A stretch of 64,000 nt of DNA, from positions 5,332,001 to 5,396,000 of the forward strand of contig CM007990.1 in NCBI GenBank assembly GCA_002189035.1, written 5' to 3'. Shown piece by piece: positions 46,625-58,900 of this stretch; position 1 is the first letter of the stretch, and each line of letters begins with the position of its first letter. A program made the translations under genes and the position numbers. Under the pieces are notes generated by a model that was not told the DNA's origin, did not search any database, and worked only from the letters and a program-made list of their open reading frames with translations. Source of the DNA: Utricularia gibba (taxonomy: Eukaryota > Plantae > Magnoliophyta).

Positions 46625-48797
46625 TCAAAGACCTGTGTTCTGCGATAAGGCAGCATCAACTATCTCCTTGATAAATGTTCTGAAGCAATCTGTGCAGGTG
46701 TTGGGCAACAGGATTGGTTTCTGAAGAAAGGAAGTGTTATTGACATGTGAGCATGCAGGTACTGGGATTGAACAGAAACCAGGTCTGTGGGCTTCGAAAC
46801 CACACGCAGCTAATATGGAGTGTGTCGCGCGTCTAGCGACCTCCTTGAATGCATCAGCATCTGGGTGAAGACAAGAGGCTAGTTATTACAGATGAAATGG
46901 ATAATGCTATGCACGCATGGCAGGAGCCTAAATGGAAGCATTCAAAATACTACTTGTAGTATGGGAAAGCGAAAATGCACTGATCATGTACCTAGTTTCT
47001 CCTTTTTTGTTCGAAGTTCCAAGTAGCGTTTCACCTGAGATCGAACCTCGCTCTTTGCCTCATCATACTTCTGAGTGGGAAGACTTGTACTTTCCAATCT
47101 TTTCTTTCTAGCAGCATGGCTGCCAGCACTACTGCATGAAAGGGGAGCTTTGTGAACCCCACTATCTGTATCCGAAGACATTGACTCCGATGCAGTCGAG
47201 CTCATGGGTACTTTTACAGAACTCCTTGTGATGTTCTCTAAGTTTCTTGGACAAGGATTTACGGGTGAGTTATGAGCATTGAATGATTCTGGTTCCAAGT
47301 GAGCTCGTGAATTGGTTGTCGTTGACCCCATTGCATCACCATAGAAAGGTCTCCTCATTGACCCCTCGAACCTACGTTCCATGGGGAATGACTCTTCATG
47401 CAAATCTCTTTCAAGTGAATGATTATTATGATATCCAGATCCAATACTCACAGCATTCCGTGATGATCCTCTTCTGGTATCGGGGATTACTCTGTGAATG
47501 TGAGACACATTTCGACCATTTCCATGGCCATTCGACTTCATGCATTCCTGAGACCTAATGCTGGAACTTTCATGCCTCTGAGTAATAGCCTTGGCTTTAT
47601 CCATCATTTTCCAAGCTTTCTGTATCTCATGTTCCCTATCATCAGCTTTCGGCAGAGAAGAACTGCATTGAGCTAGTTGCCCACAAGACGCACTAGATAA
47701 TGATTGTTGAGCAACACCACTAGCACAGGAAATCCGACCTGAGCATTCACTATCACCTGTGCTGTTAGAGAACTGCAGGACGCCTCTTTGAATGGCAGTC
47801 CAATTTTTACGCAGTAAACATATGCGGTTGTTCAGATTCCGACGGTAAGGCAAAGTTCTTGTGTTTATCTTGGCTTTATGCTGTGTACCAGAGTTTTGGC
47901 TCACCAAACTAGCTACATCAACAGTATTTACCTCAATAGCAGGACTACTGAGCTGTGATTGCCCAGAATCAATCGAAAGGTTTCTATTCCTCCGAATATC
48001 ACCGGCAGGAGAGTCTCGTACAATATCAAAGATGGAAATCGCTTCCTCTTCTGAAGATATATTTTGACCTCTAACAACTCTAATTGGACATTCAGATTCC
48101 TGATCTGATTCACATTTCAGGCGTTCATCCCTCAAAACGGTACATTCCTGGCAAAACCAGTCACCTTCAGGAACGGTTGCACCCAGACCTATGCAGTAAG
48201 TATGAGCAGCAGTGTCACAAAGATCACATAAAAGAAGTAGAAATTCATCATCTTGGCCAAGACAAACACTGCATCTGATTTCAGAATATGGATCTGGGGG
48301 CCAATTGTCGCATTACCTTGAACATGATAAACCTGCACGGATGAGGAATAGATAAAAAAGCAAAACTTTGACTATTGACACAAAGGTATCCTATCAAATA
48401 CCTGATCACGAACTGGCACTTGAACAACGCGTTCAGAATCGAACACGTGCGGCTTTGCAGGGCGACGAATAGTGGAAAATCTACGCTTACAGAGGGGACA
48501 TTTGGATTCAACTTTCGCCCACTCCATGATACAGAGGAAACAGAAGTAGTGATCGCAGGAGTCGATATACCCCCTGCTAACTCCGGTAGTTCCAGATTCT
48601 GACAAGCAAATTCCGCATGAATCACCGCATAATTCTTCATCCTTGGCGTCATTCGTCACCAGCGTTTCCGGTTCTTCCTGGATTTTGGATTTCCCTTTCG
48701 AAATCAACGAAGTTGGCGATATGAAAGGGGATCCAGGGTCCTCGCTTAGGGTTTTCTGTCGTTTATCTGGGGTAGTTCCCTCGTCCGCACAATCCAT
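46625..48797 (-). CDS. RING + PHD finger protein (PHRF1-like) with an apparent 1-nt frameshift at 48296-48300
   Basis: Exon 48797-48402 carries a C3HC4 RING (CGIC...CDHYFCFLCIMEWAKVESKCPLC). Exon 48332-46992 carries a PHD (CSVC...CDLCDTAAHTYC...WFCQEC) that is out of frame with the exon start. Last exon 46860-46625 (DAFKEVARRATHSILAACG). Confidence 0.8.
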
Positions 48798-48898
48798 AGA
48801 GCTCTTCACCCCTTGATCCTTCCTCGAATTCAACGACAATTGAGTTAGTTAACAAAAGAAAGGAGGAAAGAAACTAGATGGTGAATGGACAAAGCACG

Positions 48899-48905
48899 AC
48901 GTGGC
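48899..48905. promoter_or_regulatory. ABRE / G-box-like ACGTGGC upstream of the RING-PHD gene
   Basis: ACGTGGC about 100 bp upstream of the ATG at 48797. Motif match only. Confidence 0.35.
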
Positions 48906-49763
48906 GTAATATGATTGATTCATGAGTTTGACTCGTCAGCCCCGCTGCACCTTATTTCCAGCCAACAAAAAACACGGAGGCGCCGCCGCCGGAGAGCAGC
49001 ACCTTGATTCAGCTGAAGTAGTTGCGAAAACGCTAACAAGGCTTGAGTTCAAGAATCACTTGATAGTAGCAGATGGGACTGGCTGCAATGCCGTTTGTGG
49101 GACCGATGTTCCGGCCGCTGTTTTCAGTATATCCATATTGGTTACGTACATCTTGAAATAGAAGTAGATGCATAAAACATTTTTTCGGAAAGAAAAAAAC
49201 ATAAAATTATGATATTAAATGACCAAGTAGACAATATCATATACCAAAAATGTGAATTGTGACATTAGGTATAATATGTCTTTTGCGAAGCTATTTCATC
49301 ATCTCGAAAAAAGTCTCTTAATAAAACACATGTTTTTGAAATAGACAAACAAAAATAGGCCTCTATTAGAAGAAAATGGATGTTTGAAATTTTAAAAAAA
49401 TTGAATTTTGGGATTAGATAAAAAAAATTAAAATTTTGAATAGATAACAAAAATTTCGAACAAGTTTCAAAGATAAAGAGAAGATATCTCATTTGTGTAA
49501 TTGATTTCAAGATTGCCTATAAGACTTACAAATGTTGATTTAAATTTCAATCAAAATTACTTTGTAAAAAATGTATAGAAATTATTTTGAAAATCGAAAT
49601 TTTAGAAAAATTTAAAGCCTTTGTTTAATTGGGCCTCTGGGACTCCCTAAGCGTGGAGACTTATTAGCCCGACTAGCATTCGATCCGAGGGTAATTCCGT
49701 CATTTAAGTGTTCAAGTGTTTTTGTTTATCCATTAAAGAAAAGGTATATAAATGTTTCTACGC

Positions 49764-49771
49764 GCGGGAAA
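49764..49771 (-). promoter_or_regulatory. Canonical E2F site (TTTCCCGC) in the Pol epsilon promoter
   Basis: Plus strand GCGGGAAA, about 150 bp upstream of the ATG. Replication genes are established E2F targets. Confidence 0.75.
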
Positions 49772-49919
49772 TGGTGGCCATTTTCCTCACCCTCACCCGC
49801 CACAATCTTGCTTCCCTCTCCTCCCTCGTGAATCGTATCACGGCGGCGGCGCCCGGAACGTGCCTTATTGACATATGTTTTTCTTTTATCTGCGTCGAAT
49901 CTAACTTGAGGAAAAAAAG

Positions 49920-52900
49920 ATGAGTGTCTCCGACACTCGGAGGAGAGATTGGGTGGACACTCGAATTTCGAAGAAGCAGAAACTAATTTTAAGCGCTGAG
50001 GAGAAACTCGAGGCGAAGCTCGGAATTGATCTTTTCACGGATGGTGAAAAGCGATTAGGGTGGTTGCTCACGCTAGCATCTGTAAGTTGCATTTTCCGTT
50101 TTGAGTTTTCTTTTCCTTTTTTTTTGTTCAAGTTTAGGCTGAATGCGTTTGCTTCAATCTGTGTATGTTGTTTGGGGTTATGTAATAGTCATCGTGGGAG
50201 GACCAGGATACTCACAAGGAGTACAGCTGCGTTGATTTGTACTTCGTTTGCCAGGTAAGGATTTCAATGATATTAGGAAAATTAGGCGACCTGCTCACTT
50301 CATATTGATGGTTCTTTGAATTTGGATGGATGAAGGATGGGACTGGATTTAAGGCAAAATATAAATTCCGGCCATATTTTTATGTGGCCACCAAGGTGCG
50401 ATATTCTGCATTGAAGTCCGTGGTCGTGATTGAAATTGGTACTGCTAGATATCATTTCTTGCATGTGATTCTTTCATGGCTTTTTTTATAGGAAAAAATG
50501 GAAATGGATGTTGATGCATACTTGAGACGGCGCTATGAAGGTCAAATAGCAGATATTGAGATTCAGGAGAAAGAAGATCTTGATCTTGTAAACAAATCTC
50601 TCCTCCGTTACAATGTCAAAATTTAAATAGGTTTTTTCTAAAATCTATATGCGGAACATAAGATACTCCCATTTTTCTGTGGCTGGTCTCTTAAGTTAGC
50701 AAAATCTCATGAGCTTGACGGAAATTTCATCTGTAATGCATCCTGAGCAGAATTTCAAATCGAGGCAATTCCTAATAGCTTAAATTATTACCAAGTCCTT
50801 TAAGGCATTGATTTTAACTGTATAGAGAATATTAGCATTTTCCAACATGGGTATGACATGCATAACTAACTAATATATCAGGGTGAGCAATGTGAATCAC
50901 GTGAAAAAGTGGCAATTTTATGGAAATGCCATGTGTGTTCTGAGGTACAATGGAGACCAACTTATTGGTCAGTAATAATCTGGTGATGCATGTCTCATTT
51001 TTGCATCAGTTTTGTGTTCAATGAGTTATAATTGCAAACTGCCAATTGTTGTCTTTATCTTCAATTTTCATAGTTTCTAGCCTGCTTTAAATTGAAATTC
51101 TGTGTCTACTTAAGCGACATTGTGAATGTTTTTAGATTTAATGACAGAAAAACCATCTTTCTGGGTTGCGCAAATGCTACCTGAAGATTTCGTTTGATAC
51201 TGTTCAACAACTGATGCAAGTGAAAAAGGATCTTGTGCATATTGTTGAAAGAAACCAAGTCAAGTTGGATGCTGAGGAAGCATACGAGTCCATATTGACA
51301 GGGAAAAGGTTACATGGCTTTTTTTTTTTTTGCATAAATGTGCTTTTAAACTGTCTACGATTTTTTTATACTTTTCAGATAATAGCTGCGTATTCATTTT
51401 TTTCCAAATTCATTTTTTCATTCTTCAGCAATCAGCAGCTTCAAGATTTCATAGATTGCATTGTTGATCTTCGTGAATTTGATGTTCCCTATCATGTTCG
51501 ATTTTCCATTGACAATGGTGCGTGCTGCCTTTCAACCTTTTCTTAGTTTTTATCTTTATTTTTGATGGATTTAACACATCGCATACTTAAATTTTTTTAG
51601 TTTGCACAATTCAGATGTAAGATGTGGTCAATGGTATGATGTAAGTGTATCAGCCACTGGTATCATACTAGAAAAAAGGATGGATCTGTTGCAACGTGCG
51701 GAAGTTCGTGTTTGTGCATTTGATATTGAAACGACAAAACTACCCTTGAAATTCCCAGATGCTGAATATGACTCAATCATGATGATTTCATACATGGTTG
51801 ACGGGAAGGGATACCTTTTAATCAATAGAGAGGTAATTGGATGGATTTTTTTGGTAGATTATGCGGTCTAGAAATATAGAAACTAATCTCCACGCTGGCA
51901 CCTGCGAAATTGAAAAAACGAATCCCATTTAATAGTGTACGTGCATTTAGTATGTGCATCATTAAGTTGGTCTACCTGTCCTCTTTTGCTGCCTGTTCCA
52001 CATCTATAGAATATGTATATTTATTATAGTCATTCATTGCTATTGAGGGTCTCCAAAATAACTTGTGGAACACATGGTGGTCTGCTTGATTGCTGTTTTT
52101 TTTTTTTTTTTTGGCATAGTTTGATTTTTCAATTTTTTTCAGTGTGTTGGAGAGGATATTGAGGATCTTGAGTACACACCTAAACCAGAATATGAAGGGT
52201 ATTTTAAGGTTACCAATGTAAAAAATGAGGTATGGCATTTGTGTACTAACGAGATGCATTATTGTAATGACGCATAGCATCAAGCGTTTGGCTAACTCCT
52301 GATTTTTTTCACTTCTGACAGAAAGAAATTCTCTCCTGTTGGTTTGAGCATATGCAATATATTAAGCCAGGGATATATGCTTCATATAATGGAGACTTTT
52401 TTGATTGGCCATTCCTGGAATCCAGAGCGGCTCACCACGGTTACAATCTAAAAGATGTATGTGTAGCTTAATGACTTTCATATTTCAAAGTTTTAAAGTA
52501 ACCAAGTATTGAATAATTGAATGTTGAATATCTAATTATCAAAAAATGTGCTTGATAGAAACACTCAAGTCCTTCCATGTTGTTGCCATCTGGCAAAAGA
52601 AGCTTCCGGCAGACAAGTTTGGAATATTTATGTAGACTTATCTCACTTACCATGCAGGAGCTTGGATTTCGCTGTGATAAGAACCAAGGTGAATGTCGTG
52701 CCAAGTTTGCTTGCCACCTTGATTGCTTTGCATGGGTCAAGCGTGACAGCTATCTCCCTCAAGGCAGTCATGGTCTAAAGGTGACTCAATCCTTTCTTTC
52801 GCTTTGTATTCTCAATTAATTTTCCTCTTAGCCAGTTACCGCTCATCATCTTTCATGGATGCAGCCTTACACTCCAAGATTTTTTTTCAATTTTATGTAA

Positions 52901-55900
52901 TCCTTCTCTCATATGATTCTTATTCATTCTGCAAGAATTTCAGGCTGTAACTAAAGCTAAATTAGGGTATGATCCATTGGAAGTGAACCCAGAGGATATG
53001 GTTCGATTTGCCAAGGAAAAGCCCCAGGTATATTACAATTTAACCAGTTATGTGTTTTGAAATTTAGGAATATCCATGACTGTTGCATCATTTTTGTTAT
53101 TCTATAAAAGCAATTATTAATTATTTCATAGTTTTTATTTCTAATGCAAGTGTCTAATGACCTTTTGGAAAGGTTGCAATACGCTGAATTTCTTTGCTTG
53201 TTTTGATTTCGTATCACTTTTTACATTATTAGAGAACATCAAACAACTTTTCATGCTAACTGCTGCTCTAGTATAGGCTAGTTACGAACTTTATATGAAC
53301 AATTGTATGTCCAAGCTATTTCATGGCATTTGGGCAATGCATGTATTAAACTGCCGATTACTTTGTCTACCTCCCATTACTTCAAGTCTATTTTGTACTA
53401 GGTTATCACACAAAAGTATTTCATGCTGTTCATGTAGTCAAATGGTAAGAATATTCATGCTGATCTCAGCTTCTTCTGTTGTTTTCCAATTTGCAGATGA
53501 TGGCTTCTTATTCCGTCTCTGATGCTGTTGCTACATACTACCTGTACATGACATATGTTCATCCTTTCATATTCTCCCTTGCCACCATCATTCCCATGCC
53601 ACCAGATGAAGTTTTACGCAAGGGAAGTGGGACACTCTGCGAAATGCTCCTTATGGTTCAGGTTAATGCAAGTTGCTCGAGCTGTGATTTCTCAATGGAG
53701 CCTTGTATACTGTTACATTTTTCAACTTTGTGAGCATCGCTCTATCTGTTCTTGTTGATATGATTGCAGGCATATAAAGCCAATGTTATATGTCCCAACA
53801 AACACCAAAGTGATCCGGAGAAGTTCTATAATAACAAACTTCTTGAGAGCGAAACATACATTGGTGGTCATGTAGAATGTTTAGAAAGTGGGGTTTTCAG
53901 ATCAGATCTGCCTACTAGCTTTAAGCTTGATCCTTCAGCTTTTGAGGTTTACCTTTTCTAATCCCGTTATATGTAGAGTGCAATCTATATGTGCACTAAA
54001 TTATTTGTTCCAAATTTAGAAATTATGATCATTCATTTGTTGAAAATTCCTTTGGAAAATTGCATTATTTGATTCAGATGGCTATCAGCATTCTACTTAG
54101 CTTATCAAATAGGTTAGAGTCCTCATATGCTTCTTGACTCAACTGATCTGCCTGAAATATGCTTCGACAAACTAATTCTTGACAGAATTTTGCATTGTTT
54201 TATTGTGACATAATGTTCATGGTTTTGGTTCTTGTATTGCTTATGTTCTAATATTTTAGGGATCCATTAAGGCCTTGAAGTTTTATTTTGTTCATTGCTT
54301 CATCCTATTGTAAATGTGAATACTTTATCTTTGCAGACACTAATTGAGAATCTAGATCGTGACCTTCAATATGCCATCAGAGTAGAGGGAAAATTCGATA
54401 TAGAAAAAGTCATAAATTACAATGAAGTGAAGAATGCTATCAAGGAAAAGGTACCACAATGTGTTCCCAGAAACAGGGCTTTCCCTCAATCTTTTTTTTT
54501 TTTTTGGAAAAGAGGGATGCATAAGTCTGGTTTTTATCTGTAATTCAGCATGTAAATCCGAAAAATATATGAACTTTTGATATGTGGGTCTTTACACAAT
54601 TTTGAAGTAGCTTTTACTTTTGAAGCTTCTAAATCTGCGAGATGGACCAACACGTGAGGAATGTCCTCTGATATATCATCTGGATGTTGCTGCAATGTAC
54701 CCAAATATTATCTTGACAAACAGACTTCAGGTAATGAATCTTTCTGTTTCTAAAACGCCCCTGGATTATAAGCTAACACTAGTTCTCGTATTTTCTAGCC
54801 CCCTTCCATAGTTACTGATGAAATATGCACTGCGTGTGATTTCAACCGACCTGGGAAACAATGCCTTAGGAAGCTTGAATGGGTTTGGCGTGGCGAGACC
54901 TACATGGCAAAGAGAAGGTTTGGTTTGTGTTGCTCTACCGCATCATACAAATTTTGAAATGTGGGTGTCTATGAATTTATAAATTTTTAAGAATTGTTTC
55001 AATGCCAGTGATTACTACCATCTGAAAACACAAGTTGAATCAGAGTTGTCTTATTCGGGTCTGAGTAAAGCTGACCAAGAATTAAAATTAAAGGATCGTC
55101 TGAAGAAATACTGTCAAAAGGTGCGCAAATCATCCTTCCAGATATGGTTTTAACATAAAGCCTGATTAATCCTGAATAGTATAATGCTTTATGTTCAAAC
55201 CTAAACTTGCAGTATTTCTGTACGTAGAAGATAAATTTGCAGAGGTGTCTTAAGTTCTCTGTGTATCTTTGTTCAGGCATATAAAAGAGTGCTTAACAAG
55301 CCTGTTATGGAGCTTCGAGAGGCTGGAATCTGCATGCGCGAAAACCCATTTTATGTTGATACAGTCCGCAGGTGATCATCTAGGGGTATTATTTTTAGAT
55401 CCTTTCCTGCTCACTTGGAGCTTTCGGAATTCAAATATTCTTTGTTAATCTAAATTCTTGTTATGTGTTATCATTTGGTGTGTGTTCAAAGTTTTCGAGA
55501 TAGAAGGTATGAATACAAGGGACTGAATAAGGTTTGGAAAGGAAAATTGTCTGAGGCGAAGGCTAGTGGGAATTCCATGAAAATCCAGGAAGCTCAGGTA
55601 TGGTGTTTCCTCTTTCTAATATAATCTATAGTTTTTCATTGAATGTATTACGTGATGTCACATCCTTTGCAGGATATGGTAGTTCTCTATGATTCATTGC
55701 AGCTCGCCCATAAGTGCATTCTAAACTCTTTCTATGGATATGTCATGCGGAAGTATGTCCATGCAGTATTCTGTGTTTCTACCACCTTTCTTACAGAAAT
55801 TTATGTTCAATTGGTTCCTTATAATCTAAAGTTCTTAGGGGTGCAAGATGGTATTCAATGGAAATGGCTGGAGTTGTTACTTATACCGGTGCAAAGATCA

Positions 55901-58900
55901 TTCAAAATGCTCGTTTGCTGATTGAAAGAATAGGAAAGCCTCTTGAATTAGATACAGATGGTATCTGGTGCGCTTTACCAGGGTCATTTCCAGAAAACTT
56001 CACGTTTACAACAAGGTATACCATAAGCAACTTCATATCCGTGCTTTCTTAACCCCTTTGTTTTGGTTTTTCTCACAATGTGAATATTATGATTTATCTA
56101 GAACCTCCTTTTGATGGTTTTCCTACTATCTTTTTTTATTTTTTTTGTTAGTTGTGAGCATTTTATCCAAGATATGCTAATTCTCTTTTTTGGAACTTTT
56201 ACTTAGAGACTTGAAGAAGTTTACAATATCATATCCTTGTGTCATGCTTAATGTCGATGTGGCACAAAACAATACCAATGATCAATACCAGGTTTGCAAA
56301 TTTGTCATATTTATTTTACTGTCTCTATTACTATATTAAAAAGCCAAATTTTCATTGCTTGGTGGCTAAAGACGCAGATCATTTAATATCCGTTTAACTT
56401 TAGTGCATTGTGTAACCTGCAGACACTAGAAGATCCTCAAAGCAAGACATACAAAACACACAGTGAATGCTCGATTGAGTTTGAGGTGGATGGGCCATAT
56501 AAGGTGATACGATACAATTGACAGATGAGATTGCCATTTATTTTTGGATCTTAGCTGAAAACTGTCCCAATCTTTCTGGGATTTCTTTTATCACTATCAG
56601 TTCTTTATTTTAGGCAATGATACTACCTGCTTCTAAGGAGGAGGGAATTTTGATTAAGAAACGGTATGCTGTATTTAATGATGATGGTACCTTAGCAGAA
56701 CTAAAGGGTTTCGAGATAAAGCGTAGGGGTGAGCTGAAGCTCATCAAAGTTTTTCAGGTATCTGAGCTGGACTACTTCCTTCACATCTCACTCATTTCTG
56801 CAAGATGCGTGAAAACACTTTTAGGTTACATGTATTTTTTTTCATTCCATATATTTTAATTGACTCCTTTTACGTGCGTATTTTTTTTTCTTAGAATCAA
56901 TGCCAATTTTTCTCTTCTTCCTGATAGTATATTGTTGATAATCTTGCCCTGTCCCTCTTTACAAAATTTCATCTCATGAATCAATAATGTGCATTTTTCA
57001 GGCTGAGTTGTTCGACAAGTTCCTTTATGGGTCAACATTGCAAGAGTGTTATGCTTCTGTTGCTGCTGTAGCAAATCGCTGGCTAGATTTTCTTGACGTA
57101 TGTAAATCTCTTGGCTATGTGTTCTTTTGTTTGAAACACTGTTAAAGGTTGCTTCAAAGCTGAATCTGTACTGCCGAGTGTCCTGCTGGGAGCTAATTCT
57201 TGTTCCAGTCGTCTATGCCACACTATCTTTTTCAAGAGTTTTGGATAGTTGAATCTAAGAAGGAATTGTCTAGAGTGCACTTGCAAGTTTTCCAGATTTA
57301 CGGAGTTGCATGGATTGTTATAATCTTGTATGCTAGTTTGAGAGGAGCTTTACAATATTCAGCCTTTCATATCCAAGACCACAAATGAGCTGCTGATATA
57401 GAAACACTGGATTCCTTCATTTTGTTTTAAGCTATATATCTTGATTTTGCCCACAAAAGAAATCTGGATTTCCTTTTCTTTCTCCTCGTGAACACTAATA
57501 TTAATGGGGTCATCTTGTACTTTCAGAGTCAAGGTTCTGATATTGCTGATAGTGAATTACTGGATTATATTTCTGAATCGAGCACAATGAGCAAGTCTTT
57601 GGTGGAGTATGGTGAACAGAAATCTTGTGCCGTCACTACAGCAAAACGTCTGGCTGATTTCCTTGGGGATGCCATGGTCAGAAATAAAGGTCTTCTATGC
57701 CAGTATGTAGTGGCATGTGAACCAAAGGTAACACCTTTTCAGTTCGTATTGATTGAGAAACTAAGCGTAGGACCATGCGTCTGCTTACAATTATTCAATT
57801 GAATTTCGTATGTCCAATGTCTAGCATTTAGTATCAGATTCAGCCCTTGTAATGTACTTATGTGTTTCACTTTTGGAGTTTCAGAACTTGCTGCTTACCT
57901 TAAACTTCTTATCTTTCCAAGGGAATGCTTTTGTCTTCTTCGGTGGTTTCATCTTGGATTCTCATATTTTCTTATTCAAGGTTATTATACATGGTGATTT
58001 ATGCAGGGAACTCCAGTAAGTGAACGTGCGATTCCTGTTGCTATTTTTGAGACTGAACCAGGTGCATTTTCTTTGAGTTACATTCATATGTTAATCAAAT
58101 ACTTCTGCTAATGCCATACTTGTTTTCAGAGATTATGAAATTCTATGTGAGGAAGTGGTGCAAAGTTTCATCTGAAGTTGGCATCCGCTCAATCATTGAT
58201 TGGTCATATTATAGACAAAGACTTGGCTCAGCTATTCAAAAAATCATCACAATCCCTGCAGCAATGCAGAAGGTCAGAACAAATGTGATGTAATTTATCA
58301 ATATTGGCTTTCTTACCATCTTGCCAAATTTCCAGATTATGAATCCTGTACCGAGGGTGCTTCATCCTGATTGGCTTCACAAGAAGGTGCGTGAGAAGGA
58401 GGACAAATATCGTCAGCGAAAATTGGTTGATGTGTTCAACAGTCACCAGAGAGATGACACTGTGAGAGCGGATCAGCATCCTGAAAAGAATACTGATACA
58501 ATGGATGAACATATTAGAGATATTGAAGACTTCATGCCAGAAAAAAATTATTCACTTAAGCCTCAACCTGCTCATAATCGTCATATCCACAATGATTTAG
58601 AGATGACTAACATGAAGGAAATTTTACACAAAGGTAAGGAGGGAAATGGAGATAAGCATTCTGCTCCATGCTTACAGAAGGTTTTTGAAGGGAATATTGA
58701 CCAGAAGTCAAATTATCATGGATGGCTTGAGTTTAAAAAGAGAAAATGGAAAGAGGATCGCGAAAAAAGAAAGCGGCAAAGGTGATCTGATATTTTTATC
58801 ATCATGTGTGATTGTTTTAAAAGTTTAAAACCACTCAACCAGTAACAAGATTAGAAAATCAATCTTTTTTTCCCTCTGAATGCTAGACTAAATGAAAGCA

